Assembly (NCBI GenBank): GCA_966243085.1
Contig: CBIMFD010000001.1
Location: 11,710 to 75,709, forward strand
Source: an uncultured Shinella sp.
GTDB lineage: Bacteria; Pseudomonadota; Alphaproteobacteria; Rhizobiales; Rhizobiaceae
Direction of reading: 5' to 3'
DNA length: 64,000 nucleotides
A model generated the notes under the pieces. The model was not told the DNA's origin and searched no databases. It worked only from the letters and a program-made list of their open reading frames with translations. Position numbers and translations under genes: made by a program. Position 1 is the first letter of the stretch; every line of letters begins with the position of its first letter. Below, piece after piece: positions 30,343 through 41,278 of the stretch.

Positions 30343-30459
30343 ATGAAGAAGACGACTCCCGCCTGTGCAATCGCCGCTCGCAGCCGATGCCGGAACGCCG
30401 CCGGCCTCCGCGGCAGGACACTTGTCCCCATCTCTCATCCTGGCGGGCCTTTCCGATGA
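30343..30459 (+). CDS. Putative 38-aa leader ORF coupled to the ABC ATPase
   Basis: SD GAAGGA, MKKTTPACAIAARSRCRNAAGLRGRTLVPISHPGGPFR*. Its stop overlaps the next ATG (ATGA 30456-30459). Confidence 0.4.
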   Translation: MKKTTPACAIAARSRCRNAAGLRGRTLVPISHPGGPFR

Positions 30460-31253
30460 GCGGCGCCGTTCTTCGCGGACAGGACCTTGGCTATGAGACG
30501 CCCTCCGGCGACCGTCTTCTCGACGGCGTTTCGGTCGACGTCGCGCCCGGCGAGCGCCTTGCCATCATCGGCCCGAACGGCGCGGGCAAGACCACGCTCA
30601 TGCGCATTCTGGCCGGCACGCTGCGACCGACCTCCGGCGCGGTCCGCCTCTTCGGCGAACCGCTGGCCGTGATGCCGCCCGTCGAGCGGGCCCGGCGCAT
30701 TGCGGTCGTAGGACAGGCGGACCGGCCTGACAATCGCATTGCCGTGCGCGACTACGTGGCGCTCGGCCGCATACCGCATACCGCGCGCCGAGCGGGCGCC
30801 GAGGAAGCCGCCATCGTCGAGGACGCCCTCGTCCGCGTGGAACTGCTTGCCCTCGCCGGCCGCGAAATGGGCTCGCTCTCAGGCGGCGAGCGACAGCGGG
30901 CGCAGATCGCCCGGGCGCTGGCCCAGCAACCGCGCGTCCTCTTCCTCGACGAACCGACGAACCATCTCGATCCGCGCGCCCGCGGCGCTCTCCTGGCGCT
31001 GGTGGCCGATCTCGGCCTCACCGTCGTCGCGGTCCTGCACGATCTTCATCTGGTTGCCGGTTTCGCCACTCGCGTCGCCGTGCTCCGGCAGGGTGCACTC
31101 GTTGCCTGCGGCCCCGTGGAAGAGACCCTCGATCAGCATGTGGTGCGCGATGTCTTCGGCATCGATCTCCTGCGCCTGCCCCACCCGCACGAGGACCGAC
31201 AGCTCACCGTCTTCGACATTCCCTTTACCCGCAGCACCGGAGCGTCATCATGA
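30456..31253 (+). CDS. Cobalt/cobalamin-type ABC ATP-binding protein (CbtL-like)
   Basis: GPNGAGKT, LSGGERQR and DEPTNHLD, downstream of the B12 riboswitch. Confidence 0.88.
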   Translation: MSGAVLRGQDLGYETPSGDRLLDGVSVDVAPGERLAIIGPNGAGKTTLMRILAGTLRPTSGAVRLFGEPLAVMPPVERARRIAVVGQADRPDNRIAVRDYVALGRIPHTARRAGAEEAAIVEDALVRVELLALAGREMGSLSGGERQRAQIARALAQQPRVLFLDEPTNHLDPRARGALLALVADLGLTVVAVLHDLHLVAGFATRVAVLRQGALVACGPVEETLDQHVVRDVFGIDLLRLPHPHEDRQLTVFDIPFTRSTGASS

Positions 31254-32197
31254 AACCTCTGATCCTCTCATCCCTCCTGTCCCTCATCGCCTCCGCCGCT
31301 TTCGCCTTTCCGGTGACGGTCGACAGTTGCGGCACGCCGGTGACCTTCGATGCCGCGCCGAAACGGGCGGTCGTCCACGACATCAACATGGCCAAGATGG
31401 CCTTCGCGCTCGGGCTCCAGCCCTCGATGGTGGGCGTGACCGGCATTACCGGCTGGTACAAGACGGACGATGCGTTCAAGAAGGAACAGGGCGCGATCCC
31501 CGAACTCGCCCCGAAATATCCGACGATGGAAAACCTTATCGCCGCCGATTCGGATTTCTTCTTCGCCGGCTGGTATTACGGCATGAAGCCCGGCGGCGAG
31601 GTGACGCCCGACACGCTGGCCGAACACGGCATCAGGACGCTGGTTCTTACGGAAAGCTGCATTCATCTCGACAAGTCCCGCCCGGCCGCCTCGATGGACC
31701 TCCTCTATACCGACGTTGAAAAGCTCGGAAAGATCTTCGGCAAGGAGGCCGAGGCGGAAAAGCTCGTCGCAGGCTGGAAGTCGCAGCTCGCCGATATCGA
31801 GGCGAAAATCGGAGAGAGCAACGGCACGCGCGTGTTTCTCTACGATTCGGGAAGCGACAAGCCGTTCACCGCGGGCAAATACGCCATCACCACGGCGATG
31901 ATCTCGGCGGCCGGCGGCAAGAACATCATGGACGACATGGAGACGAGCTGGGGCAACACGGACTGGGAGACGGTCGCCGCCCGCAATCCGCAATTCCTCA
32001 TCCTGCTGGATTACCAAGACGGCGGCGGCTACGAAAGGCTGCTCGATTTCCTCAAGGCGCATCCCGCCATGAAGGAGACGGAGGCGGTGAAGGAGGAGCG
32101 CTTCGTGGCGCTGCGCTACGAGGAGCTGACGCCCGGCCCCGACAACATCACGGCCATCGACAAGATCGCCAAGGCCCTCCACCCGGAAGCCTTCTGA
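31250..32197 (+). CDS. Cobalt/cobalamin-type ABC substrate-binding protein (CbtJ-like)
   Basis: FPVTVDSCG and FFFAGWYYGM..GGEVTP...LTESCIH, with a signal peptide. Confidence 0.85.
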   Translation: MKPLILSSLLSLIASAAFAFPVTVDSCGTPVTFDAAPKRAVVHDINMAKMAFALGLQPSMVGVTGITGWYKTDDAFKKEQGAIPELAPKYPTMENLIAADSDFFFAGWYYGMKPGGEVTPDTLAEHGIRTLVLTESCIHLDKSRPAASMDLLYTDVEKLGKIFGKEAEAEKLVAGWKSQLADIEAKIGESNGTRVFLYDSGSDKPFTAGKYAITTAMISAAGGKNIMDDMETSWGNTDWETVAARNPQFLILLDYQDGGGYERLLDFLKAHPAMKETEAVKEERFVALRYEELTPGPDNITAIDKIAKALHPEAF

Positions 32198-32199
32198 GC

Positions 32200-33204
32200 A
32201 TGGGGCGCCGTTTCGGCATTGCGGTCGCGGCGGCCCTCCTTGCCGCCGCGGCGCTGGCTTGCGCCTCCGTCGTCTACGGATCGACCGTCATTCCGCCTGC
32301 GGATGTCGCCGGATCGCTCGCTCGCGCGCTGGGGCTCGCCTCCGGCGACACGGGGCCGATCGACCGGATCGTCGTGGATCTGCGCCTGCCGCGGGCGATC
32401 CTCGCGATCGCGGTGGGTGCGGGGCTCGGCATCGTCGGCCTGCTGCTGCAGACCGTCACCCGCAACGATCTGGCCGATCCATTCCTGTTCGGCCTGTCAG
32501 CCGGCGCGGCGGCTGGCGCGGTCGCGGTCATCACGCGGATCGGCGACCGCATCGGCATCTTCACCCTGCCGCTCGCCGCCTTCGTCGGCGGCATGTGCGC
32601 AACCGCCGTCGTCCTCGTCCTCATCCGCCGCACGCGGGGCTACGGTCCCGAGCGCCTGATCCTTGCCGGGCTTGCGGTGTCGTTCCTCTTCACCGCGCTC
32701 ACCAACTATCTCGTCTTTTCCGGCGACCAGCGCGCCGCCCATTCCGTGCTGTTCTGGACGATGGGCGGGCTGGGGCTGGCGAGCTGGCGCAATATCGGCA
32801 TCGGCATTGCCGGCGCCGCCCTCGTCCTTTGCTACGCGCTCGCCCGTCACCGGCAGCTCGACGCGCTGCTGGGGGGCGAGGAAACGGCGGAAAGCCTCGG
32901 CGTGCCGGTGGCACGGCTGCGAACGATGACGTTCATCGTGGCCAGCTTCTCGACGGCGCTTCTCGTGTCCATCGCCGGCGTCATCGGCTTCATAGGATTG
33001 ATGATCCCACATGTCGCGCGCCCCTTCGCCGGCCCCCTCCATGGGCGCCTTGCGATTGCCTGCGCGCTCTTCGGCGCGATCCTGCTGCTCGGCAGCGATC
33101 TCATCGCCCGTACCCTGCTGCCGCCGCAGGAGTTGCCCGTCGGCGTGGTCACCAGTTCGATCGGCGCGCTCTTCGTCGTGTCCATCCTGCTGCGGCAGAA
33201 ATAG
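32200..33204 (+). CDS. FecCD/BtuC-family permease (CbtK-like)
   Basis: LRLPRA, TRNDLADP, GVIGFIGLMIPH and ELPVGVVT. Confidence 0.9.
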   Translation: MGRRFGIAVAAALLAAAALACASVVYGSTVIPPADVAGSLARALGLASGDTGPIDRIVVDLRLPRAILAIAVGAGLGIVGLLLQTVTRNDLADPFLFGLSAGAAAGAVAVITRIGDRIGIFTLPLAAFVGGMCATAVVLVLIRRTRGYGPERLILAGLAVSFLFTALTNYLVFSGDQRAAHSVLFWTMGGLGLASWRNIGIGIAGAALVLCYALARHRQLDALLGGEETAESLGVPVARLRTMTFIVASFSTALLVSIAGVIGFIGLMIPHVARPFAGPLHGRLAIACALFGAILLLGSDLIARTLLPPQELPVGVVTSSIGALFVVSILLRQK

Positions 33205-33214
33205 CGCCTGCCCG

Positions 33215-33826
33215 TCACAAGCCGCCCTGGACGCGTAGGAAGTCGACGATGCGGTTCACGCCGCCGCCGCGCTTCATGTCGGAAAAGACGAACGGGCGCC
33301 CTGCGCGCATGCGCGTCGCATCCCGCTCCATGACGTCGAGATCGGCGCCGACATGGGGTGCGAGATCCTTCTTGTTGATGACGAGGAGGTCCGAGCGGGT
33401 GATGCCGGGCCCGCCCTTGCGCGGGATCTCCTCGCCCTGGCAGACCGAGATGACATAGATCGTCAGGTCCGCAAGATCGGGCGAGAAGGTCGCCGCGAGA
33501 TTGTCGCCGCCCGATTCGATGAAGACCACGTCGAGATCGGGAAAACGCCGGTTGAGATCGGCGATGGCCTGCAGGTTGATCGAGGCGTCCTCGCGGATCG
33601 CCGTGTGCGGGCAGCCGCCGGTCTCCACGCCGACGATGCGCTCCAGCGGCAGCGCCTGCATGCGCATGAGCGCCTCGGCATCCTCCTTGGTGTAGATGTC
33701 GTTGGTGACGACGGCGAGGGAATAGTGCCCGCGCATCGCCTTGCAGAGCTTCTCTGTCAGCGCCGTCTTGCCGGAGCCGACGGGGCCGCCGATGCCGACG
33801 CGCAAGGGGCCGTTCTTCGATGTCAT
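33215..33826 (-). CDS. ureG: Urease accessory GTPase UreG
   Basis: [23 protein letters not shown] and NKKD. SD AGGAGG. Confidence 0.96.
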   Translation of the reverse strand: MTSKNGPLRVGIGGPVGSGKTALTEKLCKAMRGHYSLAVVTNDIYTKEDAEALMRMQALPLERIVGVETGGCPHTAIREDASINLQAIADLNRRFPDLDVVFIESGGDNLAATFSPDLADLTIYVISVCQGEEIPRKGGPGITRSDLLVINKKDLAPHVGADLDVMERDATRMRAGRPFVFSDMKRGGGVNRIVDFLRVQGGL

Positions 33827-33860
33827 TCCCACCTCCTGAAAATCCGGGTTTGCAGCCTTC

Positions 33861-34523
33861 TCACGAGCGGAAGAGCCGCGTCGGCAAAGTCTCGTGTCGA
33901 AGGCTCGCGATCTCGGCCCGCAGCGTCGCGGCCCCGAGATCGTCCAGTGTGGAACCCGCAGCCCGCGCCGCCGATGCCAAGATCCGCGCCTCCAGTCCCG
34001 CCAGCACCGCAACGCCGTCCTTCTGGCCGATGACGCCGCAGCGGATGGCGACCGAGACGAGGTTCGACGCGACGGCATGGAGATAGGCGGCCAGCCCCGC
34101 CTCCGCTGCAATGCCATGAGCCGCCGCCACCGCGCCGACCGCGACCGGATAGGCCGCCGCCCCGCCGAGACGGGCGAGAACCGGATGCGGCCAGTTCGCC
34201 GCGGCCGAAAGGAAGGCCCCGCCCTGCAGCATGGTTTCGCGATGCCGCTCCGCCGAGCCCGACAGGGCCTCCGCCAGCGCCGCGGCCTCCGCCAGCCGCT
34301 CATCGTCGGCCAAGGCGTTATGCGCCTCGGCGAACAGCACGGCGTCGTTCCAGAGAGTGCCATATGCAAGGAGGCTTTCGAGCCAGTCCTTCAAGGTCCC
34401 TGCATCCCGCACGTCGCCATCCGCCACGACCTGTTCCAGCCCGCCGGAATAGGAGAAGGCACCGACCGGGAAGGCGGGCGACAGCCAGGTCATCAGCCGG
34501 ACGAGATCGGCTGCTTCAATCAT
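33861..34523 (-). CDS. ureF: Urease accessory protein UreF
   Basis: [16 protein letters not shown] and C-terminal [11 protein letters not shown]. Confidence 0.95.
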   Translation of the reverse strand: MIEAADLVRLMTWLSPAFPVGAFSYSGGLEQVVADGDVRDAGTLKDWLESLLAYGTLWNDAVLFAEAHNALADDERLAEAAALAEALSGSAERHRETMLQGGAFLSAAANWPHPVLARLGGAAAYPVAVGAVAAAHGIAAEAGLAAYLHAVASNLVSVAIRCGVIGQKDGVAVLAGLEARILASAARAAGSTLDDLGAATLRAEIASLRHETLPTRLFRS

Positions 34524-34968
34524 GGCCGTGGTGATGGTGGCCGTGATAGGCGCCGCGCAGCGGATGGAAAGGCTCGGATATCTCGCGGACCGATGCGCCG
34601 AGCCCCGCCAGCATGTCGCGGATGACGTGATCGCGCAGGATCAGGATGCGTGCCTCCTCGATCTGCGCGGGAAGGTGGCGGTTGCCGAGATGCCAGGCAA
34701 GCTCGACGAGATGCAGCCTGTCCTTCGGGGTCACCTCATAAAGCAGCTCCTCCGCCGCGATCACCTCGACGGTCTCGCCCGTCTCCGTGAGGATGAGATC
34801 GCCATGGGCCAGCAGCACCGGCGCCTTGAGGTCAAGCATGACGACGTCGTCATGCTGCATGTGCAGGAGCTTGCGGCGCACATGGCGCTGGTCGTGCGCC
34901 AGGACGACCACGTCGATGGGCGTGCGGGCGTCGTCGGGTTTCAGGATTTCGGTGGAGCGGTGGGGCAA
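34516..34968 (-). CDS. ureE: Urease accessory nickel chaperone UreE
   Basis: AWHLGNRH and His tail [12 protein letters not shown]. Confidence 0.95.
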   Translation of the reverse strand: MPHRSTEILKPDDARTPIDVVVLAHDQRHVRRKLLHMQHDDVVMLDLKAPVLLAHGDLILTETGETVEVIAAEELLYEVTPKDRLHLVELAWHLGNRHLPAQIEEARILILRDHVIRDMLAGLGASVREISEPFHPLRGAYHGHHHHGHD

Positions 34969-34979
34969 GGCCGATCCTT

Positions 34980-36692
34980 TCAGAACAGGAAGTAGCGCTG
35001 CGCCATGGGCAGCACGGTCGCGGGCTCGCAGGTGAGCAGCTCCCCGTCGGCGCGCACCTCGTAGGTTTCGGGATCGACCTCGATATGCGGGGTCGCGTCG
35101 TTGAGGATCATCGAGGCCTTAGAAAGGCCGCCGCGGGTGTTCTCGACGGCCACCATGTCCTTGGTGACGCCAAGGCGCGCCTTCAGGCCGCCCTCCAGCG
35201 CCGCCCTGCTGACGAAGGTGACGGAAGAGAGCGCGGGAGCGCTCCCGTAGCTGCCGAACATCGGCCGGTAGTGCATCGGCTGGGGCGTCGGGATCGAGGC
35301 GTTCGGATCGCCCATGGGCGCGGCGGCGATGGTGCCGCCGACCAGCACCATGTCCGGCTTGACGCCGAAGAAGGCGGGGTTCCACAGGACGAGATCGGCG
35401 CGCTTGCCGGTTTCGACCGAGCCGACATGCTGCGAAAGCCCCTGCGCAATGGCCGGGTTGATCGTGTACTTGGCGATGTATCGCCGTACGCGCAGATTGT
35501 CGTTGTCGCCGGTTTCGCCGGGCAGGCGCCCGCGCTGCACCTTCATCTTGTGGGCTGTCTGCCAGGTGCGGATCGGCACCTCGCCGACGCGGCCCATGGC
35601 CTGGCTGTCGGAGGAGATGATCGAGAAGGCGCCGATATCGTGCAGGATATCCTCCGCCGCGATGGTCTCCTTGCGGATGCGGCTTTCCGCGAAGGCGATG
35701 TCTTCCGGGATCGTCGGCGACAGGTGGTGGCAGACCATCAGCATGTCGAGATGCTCGGCGATGGTGTTTTTCGTATAAGGCCGTGTCGGGTTGGTCGAGG
35801 ACGGGATGACGTTGGCAAGGCCGCAGACGCGGATGATGTCCGGCGCATGGCCGCCGCCCGCCCCTTCCGTGTGGAAGGCATGGATGGTGCGGCCCCTGAA
35901 GGCGGCGATGGTGTCCTCCACGAAGCCGCTTTCGTTCAGCGTGTCGGTGTGGATCATCACCTGCACGTCGTAGTCGTCGGCGACGGAAAGGCAGGTGTCG
36001 ATGGCGGCAGGCGTCGTGCCCCAATCCTCGTGCAGCTTGAGGGCGCAGGCCCCGCCCTCGATCATTTCGACGAGCGCCGCCGGCTTCGAGGCGTTGCCCT
36101 TGCCGGAAAGGCCGAGATTGATCGGGAAGGCGTCGAAGGACTGGATCATCCGCGCCAGATGCCAAGGCCCCGGCGTGCAGGTGGTGGCGAGCGTGCCGTG
36201 CGCCGGGCCCGTGCCGCCGCCAAGCATGGTGGTGACGCCGGACATCAGCGCCTCCTCGATCTGCTGCGGGCAGATGAAGTGGATATGCGCGTCGATGCCG
36301 CCGGCCGTCAGGATGCGCCCCTCGCCCGCAATGACCTCCGTACCGGGGCCGACGACGATATCGACGCCGGGCTGGGTGTCCGGGTTGCCGGCCTTGCCGA
36401 TCTTCGCGATCAGCCCGTCCTTCAGGCCGATATCGGCTTTCACGATGCCACAATGATCGACGATCAATGCATTGGTGATGACGGTGTCGACCGCCCCTTC
36501 GGCGCGCGTCGCCTGGCTCTGGCCCATACCGTCACGGATCACCTTGCCGCCGCCGAACTTCACCTCCTCGCCGTAGACGGTGAAATCCTTCTCGACCTCG
36601 ATGAAGAGTTCGGTATCGGCAAGGCGCACGCGGTCGCCGACGGTCGGGCCGTACATCTGCGCATAGGCGGCGCGGGAAAGGTGGGCGGCCAT
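34980..36692 (-). CDS. ureC: Urease subunit alpha
   Basis: All Ni-ligand and catalytic motifs present: [35 protein letters not shown]. Confidence 0.98.
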   Translation of the reverse strand: MAAHLSRAAYAQMYGPTVGDRVRLADTELFIEVEKDFTVYGEEVKFGGGKVIRDGMGQSQATRAEGAVDTVITNALIVDHCGIVKADIGLKDGLIAKIGKAGNPDTQPGVDIVVGPGTEVIAGEGRILTAGGIDAHIHFICPQQIEEALMSGVTTMLGGGTGPAHGTLATTCTPGPWHLARMIQSFDAFPINLGLSGKGNASKPAALVEMIEGGACALKLHEDWGTTPAAIDTCLSVADDYDVQVMIHTDTLNESGFVEDTIAAFRGRTIHAFHTEGAGGGHAPDIIRVCGLANVIPSSTNPTRPYTKNTIAEHLDMLMVCHHLSPTIPEDIAFAESRIRKETIAAEDILHDIGAFSIISSDSQAMGRVGEVPIRTWQTAHKMKVQRGRLPGETGDNDNLRVRRYIAKYTINPAIAQGLSQHVGSVETGKRADLVLWNPAFFGVKPDMVLVGGTIAAAPMGDPNASIPTPQPMHYRPMFGSYGSAPALSSVTFVSRAALEGGLKARLGVTKDMVAVENTRGGLSKASMILNDATPHIEVDPETYEVRADGELLTCEPATVLPMAQRYFLF

Positions 36693-37003
36693 CAGAGTTT
36701 CCCCATAACTTGCTGGCGAAAACCGTAGATCTCACGGTTGCCGCCGATCGGCACGAGCCGCACGATACGCTCCTGCCCCGGCTCGAAGCGAACGGCGGTG
36801 CCCGCCGCGATGTCGAGGCGCATGCCGCGCGCAAGGGGCCTGTCGAAGGAAAGCGCCGGGTTGGTCTCGAAGAAGTGGTAGTGCGAGCCGACCTGGATCG
36901 GCCGGTCGCCGGTATTGGCGACAGTGAGCATCACCGGCTCGCTTCCCGCGTTCAGCACGATATCGCCGTCGCCCGTCAGGATTTCCCCGGGGATCATGGT
37001 CAT
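36692..37003 (-). CDS. ureB: Urease subunit beta (alternative start 36997)
   Basis: [20 protein letters not shown] and [10 protein letters not shown]. Confidence 0.96.
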   Translation of the reverse strand: MTMIPGEILTGDGDIVLNAGSEPVMLTVANTGDRPIQVGSHYHFFETNPALSFDRPLARGMRLDIAAGTAVRFEPGQERIVRLVPIGGNREIYGFRQQVMGKL

Positions 37004-37575
37004 GCCCCCGCCACGAGCCAGAGGCCGCCGAGCGCCGCAAGGCCACCGGCAATCCGCGCCGCGATCCGCCCGGCGCGCCCGCCGAGGCCGAGGCCCAGCG
37101 CCACGCCCGCGCCATGCAGCAGCGCGGTCGCCGCCCCAAAGCCGGCCATGAAGGAAAAGCCGTTCGCGCCGCCGAGATCCAGTCCGTGCGCATAGCCGTG
37201 GAACAGGGCGAAGAAACCGACGACGACCATGCCGACCGCGGCCGGCACCTGAAGGGCCACCATCGCCAGAAGCCCGATCACCACGACGGAGGCGGCAATG
37301 ACCGGCTCGACGAAGGGCAGGCCGAGCCCGCCGAGCGCCGCGAGGAACCCGACGCTCATCGCCGCAACGAAGGCGGCGGGCACGGCCCAGAGTGCCCGCC
37401 CGCCGATCAGCGATGCCCAGAGGCCGACGGCGACCATGGCGAGCAGGTGATCGGCGCCGGTCAGCGGATGCGAGAAGCCGGCACCGAGCGAGCCGTGCGC
37501 GACCGGATCGAGATGGGCGAAGGCGGGGCTTGCGGCCGCGCCGGTCAGAAGCAGGGTGAGAAGCAGTCTTTTCAT
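37000..37575 (-). CDS. ureJ: HupE/UreJ family nickel permease
   Basis: [25 protein letters not shown] and LLHGAG. Confidence 0.9.
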   Translation of the reverse strand: MKRLLLTLLLTGAAASPAFAHLDPVAHGSLGAGFSHPLTGADHLLAMVAVGLWASLIGGRALWAVPAAFVAAMSVGFLAALGGLGLPFVEPVIAASVVVIGLLAMVALQVPAAVGMVVVGFFALFHGYAHGLDLGGANGFSFMAGFGAATALLHGAGVALGLGLGGRAGRIAARIAGGLAALGGLWLVAGA

Positions 37576-37593
37576 CGGTTTGCCCTTTCGAAG

Positions 37594-37896
37594 TCAGCGG
37601 ATCGGCTGGTGGACGGTCACGAGCTTGGTCCCGTCAGGGAACGTCGCCTCCACCTGCACGTCGTGGATCATCTCGGCGATGCCCTCTATGACCTGGTCGC
37701 GGCTCACGACATGGGCGCCCGCCTCCATCAGGTCGGCGACCGGGCATCCGTCGCGCGCGCCCTCGACCACGAAATCGGTGATCAGAGCGATGGCTTCGGG
37801 GTGGTTCAGCTTGACGCCGCGGTCCAGCCGTTTGCGCGCCACAATGGCGGCCATGGCGATCAGCAGCTTGTCCTTCTCGCGGGGCGTGAGGTTCAT
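37594..37896 (-). CDS. ureA: Urease subunit gamma
   Basis: [11 protein letters not shown]...[17 protein letters not shown]. Confidence 0.97.
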   Translation of the reverse strand: MNLTPREKDKLLIAMAAIVARKRLDRGVKLNHPEAIALITDFVVEGARDGCPVADLMEAGAHVVSRDQVIEGIAEMIHDVQVEATFPDGTKLVTVHQPIR

Positions 37897-37906
37897 GGGG
37901 CCTTTC

Positions 37907-38767
37907 CTATAATTGCCAGACTTTCGGCAGCGGGCGTCCGGCGAGCAGAATCGAAAGAAGCGGTTCGAGCCGCTGGCGGAGCGCAAGGCCCGAGACCGCG
38001 ACGAGGCGTATCAGCAACTTGCCCTGCCAGGCGCTGGCCCCGCCCGCCGCGCCGATCGACGCGCGGACGGCCTCAAGCAGCCGCTCCGGCGCGGGCGCTG
38101 CATAGAGGACGGTCGCCATGGCAGTGTCGCCGGACAGCATCGCGGGGTCGGCTAGCCGGGCGGCGACATCGCCCGAGACACGGAAATCCTCGGCGAAAGC
38201 CAGCCTGCCGTCGCGGCGGATGCGCCAGCGATCGTGCAGCGCGCCGTGGGAAAGGGTCTCGCCCATCGCGGCGCGGCCGAACAATACCGCCTCCACCGCC
38301 ACCAGTTCGGCATCCCCTTCAAGATCGACGTCCAGCCGTCGCGAAAGGCACCCGCCATTGAAGAGGATGGTTTCCTGCGGCAGCCAGGCGAGGCAGCCAC
38401 CGGCGCCGACTGTCAGCGTGTTCGTCATCGTCGCCGCCTCGCCCGTCGAGCGATAGACCCGCTCGCAGGCCTGCGTGGTTATCGTCACCGCCGTCGCGCC
38501 GGCAACATCGATTTCGGTGGCGATCCGATCGCCGCCCGCGAGCCCGCCCGCCGTATTGATCAGGATCGCCTCCGGCGGAAAGCCATGCAAGGGCTTTGGC
38601 AGGCGGGTCTTAATGCATCCTTCCTGATAGAGCGTCTTCAGCCGCGTGGCGCCATGACGCTGGTGGAAAGCAAGCCGCGCGCTGCCCTCGGCGCGCTGCA
38701 TGCGCATTGGCGCGAGCGAGCCGTCCGATACATCCGGCGCGGAAAAGCCGATCATCGCCAGCCCCAA
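37907..38767 (-). CDS. ureD: Urease accessory protein UreD
   Basis: [31 protein letters not shown] and GRAAMGE. Confidence 0.93.
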   Translation of the reverse strand: MGLAMIGFSAPDVSDGSLAPMRMQRAEGSARLAFHQRHGATRLKTLYQEGCIKTRLPKPLHGFPPEAILINTAGGLAGGDRIATEIDVAGATAVTITTQACERVYRSTGEAATMTNTLTVGAGGCLAWLPQETILFNGGCLSRRLDVDLEGDAELVAVEAVLFGRAAMGETLSHGALHDRWRIRRDGRLAFAEDFRVSGDVAARLADPAMLSGDTAMATVLYAAPAPERLLEAVRASIGAAGGASAWQGKLLIRLVAVSGLALRQRLEPLLSILLAGRPLPKVWQL

Positions 38768-38843
38768 GCGGCGGGGCGATCGGATAAATGTCCTCTGTCG
38801 AAATCCATCGTATGGGTGGCCTCACAGGTTGTCCCGACCACGA

Positions 38844-38859
38844 TGCAAAGGCCATGCCA
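38844..38859 (-). promoter_or_regulatory. Sigma54 (-24/-12) promoter of the urease operon
   Basis: Minus strand TGGCATGGCCTTTGCA (GG-N10-GC). Confidence 0.75.
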
Positions 38860-38933
38860 TCCATTCGGTGGATGAAAAGGCGGCAAAAGCGCTTGCCGGA
38901 GGCGGGCGTTCACACCCTTCTTCACGACGCCGC

Positions 38934-38969
38934 CGCCTGAAAATTATGCATCCGCACAAATTTCGGGCC
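38934..38969. promoter_or_regulatory. Tandem NtrC-like enhancer sites
   Basis: CGCCTGAAAATTATGCA and CGCACAAATTTCGGGCC (GC-N11-GC with AT-rich core), 75-110 bp upstream of the -24 element. Confidence 0.55.
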
Positions 38970-39094
38970 CCATTCCGGTCGGGAGCAGTCAAATGGCATC
39001 AGCAGATACGTCATAGGGATGCTCTCGTCGGATGCCTTCGCCGCATATTGTTCGAAATCACCGTTGACCCGCATGCAGTCTTTTATATAACGGC

Positions 39095-39150
39095 ACCATT
39101 CGCCCCGGACCCGGTGAAACTCCGGGTGGCTCTTCTGGCCGCCGATCCGC
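39095..39150 (+). ncRNA. sul1-like cis-regulatory RNA motif
   Basis: ACCCGG-TGAAACT-CCGGGT hairpin followed by GGC..GCC-GCCGA, between a promoter (TTGACC 39064, TATAAC 39086) and the SulP gene. Motif identity is from recall. Confidence 0.6.
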
Positions 39151-39230
39151 CAGACAACGCAAAAGCATCAAACCAGCCCACATGCCGGACAATTTTTCGG
39201 CCTGGATGCACTACTCTTGCGGACTTTTTC

Positions 39231-40718
39231 ATGTTCAATCCGACGACCTACAAGCGCGAATGGTTCTCCAACATTCGAGCCGATATCCTTTCCGGCATCG
39301 TCGTTGCGCTTGCCCTCATTCCCGAAGCGATCGGCTTTTGCGTCATCGCTGGCGTCGACCCCAAGGTCGGCCTCTTCGCTTCCTTCGCAATCGCCTGCAC
39401 ATCCGCCTTCTTCGGAGGCCGGCCGGGCATGATCTCAGCGGCGACGGCCGCCACCGCGGTCCTGATGGCCTCGCTTGTCAGGGATCACGGCCTTGAGTAT
39501 CTTTTCGCCGCTACCCTTCTTATGGGCCTCATCCAGATCGTCGCCGGTCTCCTCAAGCTCGGCCGCGTGATGCGTTTCGTCTCCCGCTCCGTCATCACCG
39601 GCTTCGTCAACGCGCTCGCCATCCTCATCTTCATGGCGCAATTGCCGGAGCTGATTGGCGTACCGAGTCTCACCTATGCGATGGTCGCCGCGGGTCTGGC
39701 GATTATCTACCTCTTTCCTTACGTCACGAAAGCCATTCCGTCGCCGCTCGTCGCCATCCTCGTCCTGACTGGCATTGCCTATTGGGGTGGCCTGGACATC
39801 CGCACTGTCGGCGATCTCGGCGAACTGCCTTCGGCCTTCCCGGTCTTTGCCCTGCCGCAGGTGCCGTTCACGTTCGAAACCGTGAAGATCATCTTCCCAT
39901 ATTCCGTTGCACTCGCTGCCGTGGGCCTGCTCGAATCTCTGCTGACCGCGCAGATCGTCGATGACCTGACGGACACGCCGAGCTCGAAGAGCCAGGAATG
40001 CATCGGACAGGGAGCAAGCAACATCGCCTCCGGCCTCATCGGCGGCATGGGCGGCTGCGCCATGATCGGCCAGTCGGGCATCAATATCGCCTCGGGCGGG
40101 CGCGGCCGGCTGTCCACATTCGTGGCCGGCGCCTTCCTGCTGTTCCTCATCCTCGTGCTCGACGACCTTGTGCGCATCGTTCCGATGGCCGCGCTCGTCG
40201 GCGTCATGATCATGGTCTCGATCGGCACCTTCTCCTGGCGGTCGATTCTCGATCTTCGCCGCAATCCGCCGTCGTCTTCGGTCGTCATGCTGGCGACGGT
40301 CGCAACCGTGGTCGGCACGCATGACCTTGCCAAGGGCGTTCTCGTCGGCGTGCTCCTTTCCGGCGTCTTCTTCGCCGGAAAGGTGGCGAAGCTCTTCGAC
40401 GTCCGTTCCACTTCGAGCGCGGACGGGAAGGAGCGGACCTATCACGTGGACGGCCAGATCTTCTTCGCCTCGGCCGAGAGCTTCGTCGCGGCCTTCGATT
40501 TCGCCGAGCCGCTGCGCAAAGTCACGATCGACGTGACCGACGCCCATCTGTGGGACATCACCGCCGTCGGCGCACTCGACAAGGTCGTCCTCAAATACCG
40601 CCGGCAAAACGTCGAAGTTTCCGTCATCGGCGCCAATGCCGCAAGCGCCCATATGCTGGACCGTTTCGCCCTGCACGACAAGGAACACGCAGCCTTCGCA
40701 ACCGGACCGACACACTGA
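39231..40718 (+). CDS. SulP family inorganic anion transporter with STAS domain
   Basis: [28 protein letters not shown] and GQIFFAS...HLWD. Confidence 0.93.
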   Translation: MFNPTTYKREWFSNIRADILSGIVVALALIPEAIGFCVIAGVDPKVGLFASFAIACTSAFFGGRPGMISAATAATAVLMASLVRDHGLEYLFAATLLMGLIQIVAGLLKLGRVMRFVSRSVITGFVNALAILIFMAQLPELIGVPSLTYAMVAAGLAIIYLFPYVTKAIPSPLVAILVLTGIAYWGGLDIRTVGDLGELPSAFPVFALPQVPFTFETVKIIFPYSVALAAVGLLESLLTAQIVDDLTDTPSSKSQECIGQGASNIASGLIGGMGGCAMIGQSGINIASGGRGRLSTFVAGAFLLFLILVLDDLVRIVPMAALVGVMIMVSIGTFSWRSILDLRRNPPSSSVVMLATVATVVGTHDLAKGVLVGVLLSGVFFAGKVAKLFDVRSTSSADGKERTYHVDGQIFFASAESFVAAFDFAEPLRKVTIDVTDAHLWDITAVGALDKVVLKYRRQNVEVSVIGANAASAHMLDRFALHDKEHAAFATGPTH

Positions 40719-40804
40719 GGAGGCCGGGATGCCGGTCGGTAGGCCGCCTCTTGGTTCGCAGGGCCGGAGGCGCTAAGACAGGTCCGACCAATATCGAGAC
40801 GCAG

Positions 40805-41278
40805 ATGAAGACCGAGATACGCCTCCTTTCGCAAGACGACGCCGCGCTGCCCGAAGTGGCCCGACTGATGCAGGAAATGCAGGCGCATTACCAGGTGTAT
40901 TGCCCCTCGCACGACGAAATCCTCGCCGGGTTGGCAAGCCGGCCGGCGGCAGCGGAGGTCCTCATTTGCGAAGACGGCGGGGCCGTAGCGGGTTTCGCCG
41001 CCTTCTCCGCAATCTATCCGGGCCCCGGCTTGAAACCGGGAATCTTTCTCAAGGAGCTCTACGTTTCGAGCACGCGGCGTGACGGAGGCGTCGGAAAGGC
41101 GCTCCTGCGGGCGCTTGCCGGCATCGCATCGAACCGGGGCTTTTCCCGGATCGACTGGACGGCGGATGCGTCCGACACACGGCTGGTTTCCTTCTATGAG
41201 CGCCTCGGCGGCGTGCCCAAACCGGAGAAGCTGTTCTTCCGTCTGGACGGCGAGGCGCTTCAGGCGCTGGCGGACTGA
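40805..41278 (+). CDS. GNAT family N-acetyltransferase
   Basis: FLKELYVSSTRRDGGVGKALL and FYERLG. Confidence 0.85.
   Translation: MKTEIRLLSQDDAALPEVARLMQEMQAHYQVYCPSHDEILAGLASRPAAAEVLICEDGGAVAGFAAFSAIYPGPGLKPGIFLKELYVSSTRRDGGVGKALLRALAGIASNRGFSRIDWTADASDTRLVSFYERLGGVPKPEKLFFRLDGEALQALAD

Noticed and set aside
40805-41278. GNAT as part of the ArgH-like/MmgE operon (by analogy to YxeL)
   Set aside because: It is on the opposite strand and downstream of SulP, so it is not co-transcribed with that operon.
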